Assembly (NCBI GenBank): GCA_019744845.1
Contig: JAIETW010000001.1
Coordinates: 177,999 to 241,998, forward strand
From: Patescibacteria group bacterium
Lineage (GTDB): Bacteria; Patescibacteriota; Minisyncoccia; Phycocordibacterales; Phycocordibacteraceae
Direction of reading: 5' to 3'
DNA length: 64,000 nucleotides
The translations under genes were made by a program, and so were the position numbers. The notes beneath the pieces are model-generated. The model did not search any database. It worked only from the letters and a program-made list of their open reading frames with translations, and was not told the origin of the DNA. How positions within the stretch are numbered: position 1 is the first letter of the stretch; the number at the start of each line of letters is the position of its first letter. Shown here piece after piece: positions 29,233-39,895 of this stretch.

Positions 29233-29634
29233 ATGGCAAATTGGATTGATAGATGGAAAAACCCAGCGCACAAACAAGAACACCCTCCCGCACCGCTTGG
29301 AACAGAAGAATACATTGAGTTGTCCGATCTTTCGCTTGCGGATGTATATACCCGTTTGAAAGAAAAAGGTGTTCAGTTTGCAGGACGAGATGATTTGAGA
29401 TGGATCAAGGCAAATCCCGATAAGGCAGAGGCGCAAGGCTACAAAAGAGGAGGTGAATTCTATTTCTTTGCAGCAGGCAACGGACACTACGTAGAGCAGC
29501 TCAGGTGGGATAGAGAAAAAGGAGAATTTAAGGAAGAGACTATCTACATCACGGGCATGACTGCACCCATCATCTGGGGTGACAATCGTGACAAGGCAAA
29601 TGCGATCCCCCGTCGCGTTGTCATCAAGCGATAG
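29233..29634 (+). CDS. Hypothetical protein
   Basis: 133-aa ORF filling the gap, with a TATCAT box upstream. Confidence 0.6.
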   Translation: MANWIDRWKNPAHKQEHPPAPLGTEEYIELSDLSLADVYTRLKEKGVQFAGRDDLRWIKANPDKAEAQGYKRGGEFYFFAAGNGHYVEQLRWDREKGEFKEETIYITGMTAPIIWGDNRDKANAIPRRVVIKR

Positions 29635-29636
29635 CT

Positions 29637-30095
29637 ATGCACGCCACAGTGTCCTGGGAAGAGGTGCAGCAGGATGCAGCCCTTCTCGCTTCAAAAGTAC
29701 GTACTGCAGACTTCACTCCTGATGTATTGATTGGTATCGCCTCTGGCGGCCTCGTCCCCCTTGCGCTGCTCGCTAGAGAATTCCCTGGTGCAAAAGTGGC
29801 GACTATCGTTGCAAAGTCATACCAAGGCACCACACAAAAGGAGGTGGAGGTGGGAGGACTTCCTGATATGGATCTCTCGAATAAGAAGGTGCTTCTTATA
29901 GACGAGATTGCCGACCATGGCATCACCCTCATGAAAGTAACCGAGGCACTGAACGCTAAATATCAGATAGGAGAACTCAAGTCAGCAGTCTTAGTCAAGA
30001 ACAACGATCGCTGCATACACTGCCCCGACTTCTACGTACGAGAGACGAACGAATGGATTCAGTTCCCGTGGGAGAAAGAAGAAACCGCCTCGTAG
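29637..30095 (+). CDS. Type I phosphoribosyltransferase (purine-salvage-like)
   Basis: GIASGG, VLLIDEIADHGITL, WIQFPWE. Confidence 0.88.
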   Translation: MHATVSWEEVQQDAALLASKVRTADFTPDVLIGIASGGLVPLALLAREFPGAKVATIVAKSYQGTTQKEVEVGGLPDMDLSNKKVLLIDEIADHGITLMKVTEALNAKYQIGELKSAVLVKNNDRCIHCPDFYVRETNEWIQFPWEKEETAS

Positions 30096-30102
30096 GGCGG
30101 TT
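30083..30102. terminator. Hairpin terminator between convergent genes
   Basis: aaccgcct-cgta-gggcggtt. Confidence 0.6.
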
Positions 30103-30107
30103 CGTTC

Positions 30108-30263
30108 TTATTTCTTTACTTCTTTGTACACTTCGCGCTTGCGGGTGTTTGGGTCGTATTTCTTAAGCTCAATCTTCCGAGCGACCTTCTTCTTGTTCTT
30201 GCGAGAGAAGCGGACGTGGTCGGACTTCGTGGACTTAAGCTTTACTAGGTGATCCTGTGACAT
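30108..30263 (-). CDS. rpmG: 50S ribosomal protein L33 (Cys-free type)
   Basis: Not in the ORF track (51 aa). Translated by hand: MSQDHLVKLKSTKSDHVRFSRKNKKKVARKIELKKYDPNTRKREVYKEVKK. Confidence 0.93.
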   Translation of the reverse strand: MSQDHLVKLKSTKSDHVRFSRKNKKKVARKIELKKYDPNTRKREVYKEVKK

Positions 30264-30290
30264 GGGGGCAATTTACCAGACAAGCGCCGT

Positions 30291-32960
30291 TTAGGCAACG
30301 CTCGTGGCCTTCTTCCTACGGGCAGTCTTCGCGACCTCAAAGTGTGGCTCCCCTGCCTTCAGGGTCACCTTGACCGAGCCACCTTCCATAACTCCCTGGC
30401 CCACCATGAGGGTTGCAATCGGGGTAAGGATCTTATCCTGGATCACACGCTTAAGCGGACGGGCACCGTACTGAGGGCTATACCCTTTCTCGGCAAGCCA
30501 TGCCTTCACCTCAGGAGAGAGATCAAGGGTGATGCGCTTTGCGGCAAGTCGCTTCAGCACATCTTCTACCTGGTTATCCACGATGCTCACGAGTGCATCC
30601 TTAGAAAGCACATCAAACATCACAATGTCATCAAGGCGGTTCAGGAACTCAGGACGGAAGTGATTCTTCAAAGACTCCATCACCTTGTCTTTCATCTTCT
30701 CGTACTCGGCAGACTCATCATGATCACTTGCAGAGAATCCAATGCCGGCAAGGCGGTCCATGAACTCAGCTCCGATGTTGGAGGTGAGAATTACAATCGT
30801 ATTCTTGAAGTTCACCTTGCGTCCCTTTCCATCCGTGAGGTGTCCTGAATCAAGCACCTGAAGAAGAATGTTGAATACTTCTGGGTGTGCCTTCTCAATC
30901 TCGTCAAAGAGCACGACCGCGTATGGTCGGTGGCGAATGCGCTCAGTCAGTGATCCTGCTTCCTCGTACCCGACATAACCTGGAGGCGCACCGATCAGTT
31001 TTGCGATGGAGTGCTTCTCCATAAACTCAGACATATCTACGCGGACTAGTGCCTCTGTGTCGTTAAACATAAACTCTGCAAGGCGGCGAGAGAGTTCCGT
31101 CTTTCCGACTCCAGTAGGGCCAAGGAAGATAAAGGAACCGATAGGACGATTCGGATCACTGATACCCACACGAGAGCGCTTCACGGCGTCTGAGATGGCT
31201 TTGACGGCGCGATCCTGACCAATGACGGCACCGGTGAGTGCCTCTTCCATACGGCCAAGTTTTGCGGCTTCCTCCTCAAGCATCTTCACCACAGGAATAC
31301 CGGTCCAGCGAGAGACGACGGACGCAATCTCATGCTCCGTCACTTCCTCATGGAGCACACGACGAGATTTCTGAAGGGTTTTAAGGCGCTTCATTTTCAC
31401 CTCAAGTTCCTTCTGGATGGTAGGGATCTTTCCGTAGCGAATCTCAGCGGCTGTTCCAAGGTCTGCAATCGCTTCCGCGTTATCTGCCTGTACCTTGAGC
31501 TTCTCAAGCTCCTTCTTCATGGTCTTGATGAATTCAAGAACCTCCTTCTCGTTCTTCCACTTAAGCTCAAGCTCCTCGGTCTTCTCCTTAAGATCCGCGA
31601 TCTCCTTATCAATCTCCTTGATACGATCCTTAATCTCCTTTGCCTGGGTGGTGCCCTCGTCCTTCTTCAACGCCTCGCGCTCAATGGTGAGCCGGCGAAT
31701 ACGGCGATCGGTCTCTTCAAGAAGAGGCGGTTTGTTCTCAAGCGCAATACGAAGACCAGAGGCCGCTTCGTCAATCAAATCAATTGCCTTGTCAGGAAGG
31801 TAGCGGTCGGTGATGTAGCGAGAAGACAATTCAACCGCAGACACGATCGCACCATCCGTAATACGGACTCCGTGATAAAGCTCATACTTCTCGCGTAGTC
31901 CACGAAGAATCGCGGTCGCATCTTCCACCGATGGTTCATTTACATACACGGGCTGGAAGCGGCGGGTAAGCGCTCCATCCTTTTCAATGTGCTGCTGGTA
32001 CTCCTTAAGGGTCGTGGCACCAATGATGCGGATCTCTCCACGAGAGAGTGCGGGCTTCAGCATGTTGGACGCATCCATCGCGCCTTCTGCAGCCCCTGCA
32101 CCCACAAGGGTGTGGAGCTCATCAATAAACAAAAGAACTTTCCCTTCTGCACGCTCCACTTCCTTCATCACATTCTTCATTCGCTCCTCAAACTCTCCGC
32201 GGTATTTCGTGCCCGCAATCATGAGTCCAAGATCCAAAGAAAGAAGTTCCTTGTTCTTAAGCGACTCCGGCACATCGCCTGTAGCAATACGTGCAGCAAG
32301 TCCTTCGGCAATGGCGGTCTTTCCCACACCTGGCTCTCCGATAAGCACTGGATTGTTCTTTGTACGACGAGAGAGAATCTGAATCACGCGATGAATCTCC
32401 TGATCGCGTCCAATCACGGGATCAAGCGCATTCTCTGAGGCGAGCTTGGTCAAGTTACGGGTGTACTTCGCAAGGGTACGAAACTTCTTTGGCTCTACGA
32501 CCTGTCCATCCTTTGCGCTCTTCACTTCCTTAAGAACTGCAAGTACAGTCTCTGCATCAATCTTAAAGCGACTGACGATGTCTCCTGCAGGTCCTGGGAA
32601 TTCAAGTACCGCAACAAAGAGATGCTCAGTCCCCACAAACGGATCATTCAAACGGGCTGCTGCCTTTCCAGACGCTTCAAGCGCAGAGGCAAGGTCTGGG
32701 GTCAAATACAGCTGATACGAAGGAGAAAGCGTGGCGGAGGTCTCAGGAGACTCAAGGGTCTCAAGCAAGCTGTCGGAGAGGAGCATGGTGTCCACATCCA
32801 AACGATCAAGCACGGACAACACCAGGCTTTCATCCTGGTGAATAAGGGCGGTCAGAAGGTGCAGCGGCGAGACATGATTCTGTCCGCGTTCTATCGCAAG
32901 CTCATGCGCCTTCCGAATCGCTTCTTTTGCTTTAGTAGTGAAGTTTTTGAATGGCGGCAT
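30291..32960 (-). CDS. clpB: ATP-dependent chaperone ClpB
   Basis: Two AAA+ modules ([16 protein letters not shown]) with a long coiled-coil middle domain. Confidence 0.93.
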   Translation of the reverse strand: MPPFKNFTTKAKEAIRKAHELAIERGQNHVSPLHLLTALIHQDESLVLSVLDRLDVDTMLLSDSLLETLESPETSATLSPSYQLYLTPDLASALEASGKAAARLNDPFVGTEHLFVAVLEFPGPAGDIVSRFKIDAETVLAVLKEVKSAKDGQVVEPKKFRTLAKYTRNLTKLASENALDPVIGRDQEIHRVIQILSRRTKNNPVLIGEPGVGKTAIAEGLAARIATGDVPESLKNKELLSLDLGLMIAGTKYRGEFEERMKNVMKEVERAEGKVLLFIDELHTLVGAGAAEGAMDASNMLKPALSRGEIRIIGATTLKEYQQHIEKDGALTRRFQPVYVNEPSVEDATAILRGLREKYELYHGVRITDGAIVSAVELSSRYITDRYLPDKAIDLIDEAASGLRIALENKPPLLEETDRRIRRLTIEREALKKDEGTTQAKEIKDRIKEIDKEIADLKEKTEELELKWKNEKEVLEFIKTMKKELEKLKVQADNAEAIADLGTAAEIRYGKIPTIQKELEVKMKRLKTLQKSRRVLHEEVTEHEIASVVSRWTGIPVVKMLEEEAAKLGRMEEALTGAVIGQDRAVKAISDAVKRSRVGISDPNRPIGSFIFLGPTGVGKTELSRRLAEFMFNDTEALVRVDMSEFMEKHSIAKLIGAPPGYVGYEEAGSLTERIRHRPYAVVLFDEIEKAHPEVFNILLQVLDSGHLTDGKGRKVNFKNTIVILTSNIGAEFMDRLAGIGFSASDHDESAEYEKMKDKVMESLKNHFRPEFLNRLDDIVMFDVLSKDALVSIVDNQVEDVLKRLAAKRITLDLSPEVKAWLAEKGYSPQYGARPLKRVIQDKILTPIATLMVGQGVMEGGSVKVTLKAGEPHFEVAKTARRKKATSVA

Positions 32961-32990
32961 AATGTTCTAGACGTATTCTACCAAAAACAC

Positions 32991-33710
32991 TTACGGACTC
33001 CCAGTAAGTAACGCCATGATGCTGTCAGCCGTTACAAATGCACCTGGTACTCCGGTACTAATACCCATGAGTCCCCCGCCAAGTAACACTGCGGCGGTAC
33101 CTGCAGGAATGACAGGAAGAGAGGTGTAGATCGTATTTCCTTCTATCTTAGAGATGATTCCCGTGACGGCGTTTCCTCCTGCGGTCATAGAGATAACCGT
33201 CTGACCCTGAAGAAGAGTTGCGAGCTCTGCAGGAGACGCTGCTGGAGCGTCAGGAAGGAAGGCCGTGTCAGAGAATCCGTAGATCGTTACTTCGTCATTG
33301 CTACTTGTGAGGGAGGCTTCTGCAAAAGATCCATCAGGGAAGGCAACCACTACTTCTTTTGGAAGTCCGTCTACACGTGCGGTCGCAACGGCGCGAGAGA
33401 TAGGGAGATAGGTTGCGCTCGCAATTGCAGGAGTTGAGGTGCTGCGGTGAATGGCGGTACTACGTGCGGCACTCGCGCTGATTGCTGAGGTGAGAAGTTC
33501 CTCTTCACGACTTGGTCCCCCGCCCACAGGTACTTGGGTGGTCACGGTCTCAATGGTGTTCTCCACGATGCGGTTCACGGTCTGCGTCACCGTTGTCGGT
33601 GCCTCATCAAGAAGCGAGACGGTAAGGACGGCAGTTGCAATCGCCGTCACGAAGTTCACAAGCACGGTAAGCAGCAAGAGCTGGGATTTAGAGAGGTCCT
33701 CAATATTCAT
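32991..33710 (-). CDS. Membrane-anchored protein, possibly a degenerate trypsin-like fold
   Basis: N-terminal TM, TVTQTVNRIVE, LLQGQTVI..VTGIISK. No catalytic GNSGG motif. Confidence 0.55.
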   Translation of the reverse strand: MNIEDLSKSQLLLLTVLVNFVTAIATAVLTVSLLDEAPTTVTQTVNRIVENTIETVTTQVPVGGGPSREEELLTSAISASAARSTAIHRSTSTPAIASATYLPISRAVATARVDGLPKEVVVAFPDGSFAEASLTSSNDEVTIYGFSDTAFLPDAPAASPAELATLLQGQTVISMTAGGNAVTGIISKIEGNTIYTSLPVIPAGTAAVLLGGGLMGISTGVPGAFVTADSIMALLTGSP

Positions 33711-33734
33711 AGGGACAGTATACTCTGCCCCTTT

Positions 33735-34874
33735 TTACTCTGCACGTGAGGATACTGAGAGGAATGCCAGGTTCCGTACCAGGGCCTTCTGAAGCATCAT
33801 AAGATCACGCTCCGTGGTCGCCACTCCAAGAGAGATACGCAGGGTAGATCGTGCACGTGCTTCGTCTCCCGTAAGCGCAAAGACCGCACGTGATTTCCCG
33901 CTATCCGTCTCGCACGCACTCCGGGTCGCAACCGCAATACCCCCTTCATCAAGAAGCGCGGAGAGATACTCAGTATCTACTCCTGGGAATGACAGGTTGA
34001 TGATGTGCGGTGCCTGATTTTTCCCGTTCACCACTGCACCTTCAATACGTGCAAGAAACTTCTCACGCATCTTCTCTGTACGAGTACGAAACGCGTCACG
34101 ATTCGCATGTGCTTCAACCATGGCCGCGGCAAAGGAAGCAGCAAGCGCAGGAGTCTGAGTGCCTGAGCGAATGTCGCGCTCCTGTCCTCCTCCTTCAATC
34201 ACTGGAAGAAGCGGTACAGACACGGGAGCAACCAATACTCCGACTCCACGAACTCCTCCGATCTTTGCGGCGTCTAGTGTAATCATGTCTGCAGCAAGGC
34301 GCGTGCGCTCTACTGATTCCACGAGTGGCGCCTGACTCGCGTCTACAAGCATGCGCACAGAGGATCCAATCACCTGACGGAGTCCGCGAGTATCAAAGCG
34401 TGTACCTGTCTCGCCACATACTGCTTCCACGACGACGAGCGCGGTCGTATCCTTTAATTGCTTCTTTACTGCATTCAAATCTATCCCTCCATCACGAAGC
34501 ACGAGCGGTTCTACATCTATCCCTTCACTCTTTAATGCTTCCATCGCTTCTACGGTAGAGGCGTGTGCGCTCGGAAGATATAGAAGGTGTATGTCAGACG
34601 GTTTCTTCCCCTCCTTAAGGAGCGCCTTCACATGCCCGCGTATGGCAATGCCGTTTGCTTCAGTTGCCCCTGCGGTAAATAGAATGGCCTCAGGTTTTGC
34701 GCCTACTTCCGCCGCAACCACTCTGCGCGCCTCCTCTAATATGGAGCGAGCCTTGCGTCCCTCCTCATGGGGAGAGGATGGATTCCCGAATATGCGTGCT
34801 GCGCGGGTATACGCAGCCACCGCCTTCTTGCTTGGGATCGCAGCACTGGCTGAGTCTAGATAGATGCGCTTCAT
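33735..34874 (-). CDS. Cysteine desulfurase-like PLP enzyme (class V)
   Basis: IYLDSAS, GNPSSPH, FTAGATEAN, DASQ, AAKIGG, RSGT, RSAC. Confidence 0.88.
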   Translation of the reverse strand: MKRIYLDSASAAIPSKKAVAAYTRAARIFGNPSSPHEEGRKARSILEEARRVVAAEVGAKPEAILFTAGATEANGIAIRGHVKALLKEGKKPSDIHLLYLPSAHASTVEAMEALKSEGIDVEPLVLRDGGIDLNAVKKQLKDTTALVVVEAVCGETGTRFDTRGLRQVIGSSVRMLVDASQAPLVESVERTRLAADMITLDAAKIGGVRGVGVLVAPVSVPLLPVIEGGGQERDIRSGTQTPALAASFAAAMVEAHANRDAFRTRTEKMREKFLARIEGAVVNGKNQAPHIINLSFPGVDTEYLSALLDEGGIAVATRSACETDSGKSRAVFALTGDEARARSTLRISLGVATTERDLMMLQKALVRNLAFLSVSSRAE

Positions 34875-34933
34875 ACAGAGAGCATAGACGCTCGTTTGAG
34901 TTTAGTGAAGTGTTGTGGTGTAATCGGGTTCAT

Positions 34934-36412
34934 ATGGCAGCTACTCCTCGTCCCCCTATTGTCGCCGTCATGGGCCACATTGACCACGGCAAGTCCTCCT
35001 TGCTGGACTACATCCGTAAGGCCAACGTCACCGCCGGAGAGGCCGGTGGTATCACCCAGCACGTCTCTGCCTATGAGGCGGAGCATGAGCACGAGGGCAA
35101 GAAGCGTACGATCACCTTCCTTGATACCCCAGGACACGAAGCATTCCGCGCTATCCGCTCCCGCGGAGCTGCAACGGCAGATGTGGCGATTCTTGTAGTC
35201 GCTGCCGATGAGGGTGTGAAGCCTCAGACCAAGGAAGCATATGACGCGATCATGGAAGCAAACGTTCCGTTCGTGGTTGCTTTCACCAAGATTGATAAGA
35301 ATGGTGCCGATCTAGATCGCGTAAAGGGCTCAGTGCTTGAACATGGTATTTATCTTGAAGGACTTGGGGGTTCTATTCCATACGCACCGGTTTCCTCAAA
35401 ATCAGGAGCAGGTATTGATGACCTTCTAGATCTTGTGCTTTTGACTGCGGATCTCGCAGAGCTCACGGGTGACGCTACCCTGCCTGCCACTGGTTTCGTA
35501 CTTGAATCCTCTCAGGATCCAAAGCAAGGAGTCTCTGCCACACTTATTCTCAAGGACGGCATGCTCTCTACGGGAAGCTTTGTCGTTGCTGGTTCCGCAA
35601 TTGCGCCAGTGCGCTTTATTGAAAACTTTGCAGGAGCCCGCATCAAGGAGGCAAATGCATCACAGCCAGTGTCTATTTCAGGTTGGAGTGAGCTTCCCCC
35701 ATCCGGTACTCCCTTTGTAACCGCTGAGAGTAAGAAAGAAGCAGAGAAGCTTGCGAAAGAGCCCGTACGTCCTACGACTGCACGTGTCGCTCCTGAGACT
35801 GAAGACGGCAAGTTTATTCTTCCCTTTATCGTGAAAGCTGATGTGACTGGAAGTATTGAAGCAATCGCACACGAGCTTGCAAAGGTCACACATGAAAATG
35901 CAGCAATTCGTATCCTTTCCTCAGGCGTCGGTGCAGTCTCGGAAGGTGATGTAAAAAGTGCACAGGCCTCAGGCGGTATTGTGATTGCCTTCCATGTGGG
36001 CACGGATAGCGCCGCTCGTGATCTTTCAGAGCGCACGGGCATCATGATTGAGACCTTTGACATCATCTACGATCTTGGTAAGCGTGCAGAAGAACTCCTT
36101 AAGGAGCGTGCACCTCGTGTGACGAAGGAAGTAGAGCACGGCAATGCAAAGATCCTTAAGATCTTCAGCACCTCAGGATCTAAACAGGTGATGGGTGCGA
36201 ATCTTCTTTCCGGTACTCTTTCCGTAGGAGATCCGATCAAGGTGCTTCGTCGTGACATTGAGATTGGTCGCGGAAAGATCTTGAATCTCCAGCAGGCACG
36301 CTCTGACGTGAAGGAACTTCGCACAGAAGGAGAGTTTGGTCTTCAGATTGAATCTCGTGCAGAAGCGGCACCGGGAGACACCTTTGTTGCCTTCCGCTTT
36401 ATTGAGTCATGA
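34934..36412 (+). CDS. infB: Translation initiation factor IF-2 (short, lacks the N-terminal domain)
   Basis: [40 protein letters not shown]. Confidence 0.96.
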   Translation: MAATPRPPIVAVMGHIDHGKSSLLDYIRKANVTAGEAGGITQHVSAYEAEHEHEGKKRTITFLDTPGHEAFRAIRSRGAATADVAILVVAADEGVKPQTKEAYDAIMEANVPFVVAFTKIDKNGADLDRVKGSVLEHGIYLEGLGGSIPYAPVSSKSGAGIDDLLDLVLLTADLAELTGDATLPATGFVLESSQDPKQGVSATLILKDGMLSTGSFVVAGSAIAPVRFIENFAGARIKEANASQPVSISGWSELPPSGTPFVTAESKKEAEKLAKEPVRPTTARVAPETEDGKFILPFIVKADVTGSIEAIAHELAKVTHENAAIRILSSGVGAVSEGDVKSAQASGGIVIAFHVGTDSAARDLSERTGIMIETFDIIYDLGKRAEELLKERAPRVTKEVEHGNAKILKIFSTSGSKQVMGANLLSGTLSVGDPIKVLRRDIEIGRGKILNLQQARSDVKELRTEGEFGLQIESRAEAAPGDTFVAFRFIES

Positions 36413-36732
36413 GTTTTCGCGACGACAAGGCCTCTTCCATTCTGCTTCATATCGCAGCAACATATATTGCACGTGAAGCAGGACGAGGCACCCTTATCAC
36501 TCCGACCCGTGCATTCATCTCAAGTGATCGTAAGAACGCTATCGTGTACGTGAGCGTCTTCCCTGATGATCAGAAAGACTTTGCCGTTGCCTTCTTGAAC
36601 CGTCATCGTGATGATTTCCGTAACTACCTCAAAAGTGAATCACGCTTCTCTAGCCTTCCTCGCGTGACCTTTGAATTTGATGCAGGAGAGCAGAACCGCC
36701 AGCATCTGGACGACATTTCTCGCGACATCTAG
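36409..36732 (+). CDS. rbfA: Ribosome-binding factor A
   Basis: Follows infB; A.VYVSV and P...F..D pattern. Confidence 0.85.
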   Translation: MSFRDDKASSILLHIAATYIAREAGRGTLITPTRAFISSDRKNAIVYVSVFPDDQKDFAVAFLNRHRDDFRNYLKSESRFSSLPRVTFEFDAGEQNRQHLDDISRDI

Positions 36733-36769
36733 CGACAAGCGCGCTTCCGCGCTATCATCCGAAAACACC

Positions 36770-36841
36770 GGCCCGGTGGCGAAGTGGTAACGCTGGAGTC
36801 TGCAAAACTCCCATGCGCGGGTTCAATTCCCGCCCGGGCCT
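36770..36841 (+). tRNA. tRNA-Cys(GCA)
   Basis: Anticodon loop ctGCAaa. Confidence 0.93.
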
Positions 36842-36868
36842 CAAAATGTGGTATCGTCTCCGACAGAT

Positions 36869-36961
36869 GCCGAGGTGATGGAATTGGTAGACATACAGGG
36901 CTTAAAACCCTGAGAAGGAATAAATCCCTTCGTGTGGGTTCGATTCCCACCCTCGGCACCA
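36869..36961 (+). tRNA. tRNA-Leu(TAA)
   Basis: Anticodon loop ctTAAaa, long variable arm, encoded CCA. Confidence 0.93.
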
Positions 36962-37006
36962 AAAACGGTTGAATAAATAGGAGAGGTCATATACTATTTA
37001 GCCCAA

Positions 37007-37079
37007 GCGCCCATAGCTCAGTTGGTAGAGCAGATCCCTCTTAAGGATAAGGTCCCAGGTTCGAGCCCTGGTGGGCGCA
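37007..37079 (+). tRNA. tRNA-Lys(CTT)
   Basis: Anticodon loop ctCTTaa. Confidence 0.93.
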
Positions 37080-37127
37080 CAGAAGTGTGCGGACAAATGA
37101 GAACAAATAGTGTACTCTCTTAGTCAC

Positions 37128-37209
37128 GCCGGGGTGGTGAAATTGGTATACACGCCTGCCTTAGGAGCAGGTACCGCAAGGTGTGGAGGTTCGAGTCCTC
37201 TCCCCGGCA
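37128..37209 (+). tRNA. tRNA-Leu(TAG)
   Basis: Anticodon loop ctTAGga with a variable arm. Confidence 0.93.
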
Positions 37210-37671
37210 CTAAAAATCAGCAATGACGAGCTTCGTCATTCCCATCATTTTCTTGAAGGCTCCCGGCTTCTTGATAAGCGCTTCCCAGTTCTCTGGCACT
37301 ACCTGCCAGCTGAGTCCGTACTTGTCCTTAAGCCAGCCACAGACACTTTCCTGACCACCGTTAGACGTCAGTGTATTCCAGTAGTAATCAATCTCTTCCT
37401 GATCTTTACAGGAAATCATAAGTGAGATTGCTTCGTTAAATTTGAACTCCGGCCCTGCGTTAATCGCAATGTAGCGCATGCCCAAAATCTCAAACTCAAT
37501 CGTGAGCACCTCCCCTGCCAAATCCTTTTGAAAATCTGCAAGACCTTCCTCTTCACTGTTGGGGTAATAGTACGTTGAAATTATCTTCCCTCCTGGAAAG
37601 ACACTGAGATAGTAATCCACCGCGTCTTTGGCGTTTCCATCAAACCACAAATTGGGAATGATCCTTTGCAT
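37210..37671 (-). CDS. VOC/PhnB-like family protein
   Basis: I.PNLWFDGNA, INAGPEFKFNEAIS, CGWLKDKYGLSWQ. Confidence 0.92.
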   Translation of the reverse strand: MQRIIPNLWFDGNAKDAVDYYLSVFPGGKIISTYYYPNSEEEGLADFQKDLAGEVLTIEFEILGMRYIAINAGPEFKFNEAISLMISCKDQEEIDYYWNTLTSNGGQESVCGWLKDKYGLSWQVVPENWEALIKKPGAFKKMMGMTKLVIADF

Positions 37672-37910
37672 TAGACTCCGTTTACCGTTGCGCTAATGAT
37701 GCCTACGATGGCCCGTGCACCAAAGATAATCACGAGACCAATGAGTCCCCAGATGATGTGCTTCTTTCCTTTCTCTCGCTTCTCAGAGTCACCAGCGCCG
37801 CCAATAAACTCCACGACACCCCAAATAAAGACCACGAAGGCCGCAAGAGCGAGAAGAGTAATAATCGGATCAATAATCGCGACCTGCACACGCATGATGA
37901 AGTCATCCAT
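37671..37910 (-). CDS. VirB2/TrbC-like pilin 6
   Basis: FIWGVVEFI..REKGKKHIIWGLIGL two-TM hairpin. Confidence 0.8.
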   Translation of the reverse strand: MDDFIMRVQVAIIDPIITLLALAAFVVFIWGVVEFIGGAGDSEKREKGKKHIIWGLIGLVIIFGARAIVGIISATVNGV

Positions 37911-37925
37911 ATAGGCTCAAGTATA

Positions 37926-38192
37926 TCACCGGCAAATCGCACTCCCGATACCTACCGCACCATATATCCACTCCACAATGCCCCAGACCACGATCATGAA
38001 GATAAAGGCAAAGATTGCCCAGAGCATGAGACCTTTTGCCATCTCTCGCGCAAACTCGTCATACTCGCCTGCAATTGCATAGTAGAAAATCGCCCAGATA
38101 AATGCGATGAAAGAGGCACTGAAGAGCGCGGGAATAAGAAAGCCGTGGAGTGCAGGATCTATAAGTCCACAGAAGATACCGTTTGGAAACAT
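37926..38192 (-). CDS. VirB2/TrbC-like pilin 5
   Basis: FIWAIFYY..REMAKGLMLWAI..VWG. Confidence 0.72.
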   Translation of the reverse strand: MFPNGIFCGLIDPALHGFLIPALFSASFIAFIWAIFYYAIAGEYDEFAREMAKGLMLWAIFAFIFMIVVWGIVEWIYGAVGIGSAICR

Positions 38193-38207
38193 CTCTCTAT
38201 ACTAACA

Positions 38208-38233
38208 AGAAACCCCGCATGTGCGGGGTTTCT
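38208..38233 (-). terminator. Intrinsic terminator after pilin 4
   Basis: agaaaccccgca-tg-tgcggggtttct. Confidence 0.75.
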
Positions 38234-38252
38234 GTTGGTGGAGGTGGGGAGA

Positions 38253-38606
38253 CTAACGACCTGGGGTCGGAGTATCCGGGAAGTTTGGCACCGTGGTGTT
38301 GAAGTCCAAGGTGTTGGTTACAAGGTTGATGAGACCCCAGACGGACACCATCACAACGAAGCCGATAATACCCCAGAACATGAGGGACTTACCCTGCTCG
38401 CGACTCTCATTGTCCTGCTTTCCTGCGATGAAGAAGCGGAACACTCCCCAAATAAACACGATGAAGGCAAGAGCAAAGACAATCGGTACGAGCACGTCAT
38501 TAATAATGGTCAAAATAAGACCGGCAAGATCGTAGATGCTGTCTACCGCTGCAAATGAGACAAGCGGTGTAAGCAAGAGTGCACTAGTGAATGCGAATAT
38601 TTTCAT
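38253..38606 (-). CDS. VirB2/TrbC-like pilin 4
   Basis: Signal peptide, FIWGVFRFFIAG..REQGKSLMFWGIIG..SVWG. Confidence 0.85.
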   Translation of the reverse strand: MKIFAFTSALLLTPLVSFAAVDSIYDLAGLILTIINDVLVPIVFALAFIVFIWGVFRFFIAGKQDNESREQGKSLMFWGIIGFVVMVSVWGLINLVTNTLDFNTTVPNFPDTPTPGR

Positions 38607-38683
38607 GAGGTATATGGTTACGTATCTAAGAATATGCTGGAACGGGTGGGAGTCAATAGAGCTTGTAGGCGCGTGTGGAAAAG

Positions 38684-39172
38684 CTAATCGTCGTCAAAGT
38701 TCACACACATCTTAGGATCTCGGTTCGTATCACAGTCATATCCGTGCGGACAGCGGTTAAACATGCTGCTACAGGCCGGCCCCACTGAGCCACGAGGAAT
38801 TGGGTTCTGATTGGTCACCACCGTTCTTCCTCCTCCGCCCTGCTGGGCCGGACTCCCAAAGAGACCCCCTTGCTGATATCCTGCCTGCCCACCAAAAAGT
38901 GGAAGCATCGGCTTGTGTTGCGTATCAAACCCAAGAGAGTTGATGATCAGGTTTACGATGCCCCAGAGAGAGAACATAAGCACAAAGCCAATAACGCCCC
39001 AGAGAACAAATTTCTTTCCCTCTTCGCGCTTCTCTTTATCCTCTCCTCCTGCGATGAAGAAGCGGAACACTCCCCACAGGAAGATAATGAAGGCAACAGA
39101 GAATATGAGCGGAACAAGGACCGAATCAATAAACCGGATGATCTCGTAGAAAAAGAGGGCGAGGTTCTGCAT
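38684..39172 (-). CDS. VirB2/TrbC-like pilin 3 with a Cys-rich C-terminal extension
   Basis: FLWGVFRFFIAG..REEGKKFVLWG; four-Cys tail. Confidence 0.82.
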   Translation of the reverse strand: MQNLALFFYEIIRFIDSVLVPLIFSVAFIIFLWGVFRFFIAGGEDKEKREEGKKFVLWGVIGFVLMFSLWGIVNLIINSLGFDTQHKPMLPLFGGQAGYQQGGLFGSPAQQGGGGRTVVTNQNPIPRGSVGPACSSMFNRCPHGYDCDTNRDPKMCVNFDDD

Positions 39173-39211
39173 ATATCAGTATGGTAGCAGATGCGGGAAT
39201 GAGACTATGGG

Positions 39212-39547
39212 TTATACACCCCCAGTAAGCACGGAGAGAAGAAGCTTCACAAGCCCCCAGACGGAGAAGAGGACGACAAAGCCAATGATGCCCCAGAAGA
39301 TAAACTTCTTACCCTCATTACGTTTCTCATCCTCCATTGAGAAGAGGAAACGCACCACGCCAATCAGGAACAAAAGGAACGCAATTGCATAGAGGAGAGG
39401 GACAACCACAAAGTCTACAAAGGGCACAATCTCCTGATTAACGATATATGCAAAGGTCATCTTGTTATTCGTGGGGATAGCTGGCTGCGCCGCTCCCGCC
39501 ACAAACGGAAGGACTGAGGCAGCGAAGAGATAAAAGAATCGTTGCAT
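39212..39547 (-). CDS. VirB2/TrbC-like pilin 2
   Basis: FLIGVVRF..RNEGKKFIFWGIIG..SVWG. Confidence 0.82.
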   Translation of the reverse strand: MQRFFYLFAASVLPFVAGAAQPAIPTNNKMTFAYIVNQEIVPFVDFVVVPLLYAIAFLLFLIGVVRFLFSMEDEKRNEGKKFIFWGIIGFVVLFSVWGLVKLLLSVLTGGV

Positions 39548-39550
39548 GGT

Positions 39551-39895
39551 CTATGCCTGGAGAGAACCAACCGTAGACTGAATCACGAGTGAGATCGCTT
39601 GTGCACCAAGAAGCACCAAGCCTCCGATGACAGTCCACATAAGGGCTTTCTTTGCTTCAGAAATCTTCTCCTCGTTCCCCTGTCCGACGACAAAGAGGAA
39701 ACCGACGTACACGAGCATGAGGATCAAGACGATGGTGCCGATGTTAACCACTGCCTTGAGTACGAGTGCGAGTAGCTCTTCAATCGTTCCAACCTTAAGC
39801 GGATTCACGAGTCCTTCGCTCGCAAATACCATCATTGGCAGGAAAAGATAGGCAGAGAGGGAGAACGCAGATACTTTTTTGATCATTGAGGTCAT
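39551..39895 (-). CDS. VirB2/TrbC-like pilin 1
   Basis: LVNPL, YVGFLFV..QGNEEKISEAKKALMWTVIG. Confidence 0.85.
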   Translation of the reverse strand: MTSMIKKVSAFSLSAYLFLPMMVFASEGLVNPLKVGTIEELLALVLKAVVNIGTIVLILMLVYVGFLFVVGQGNEEKISEAKKALMWTVIGGLVLLGAQAISLVIQSTVGSLQA

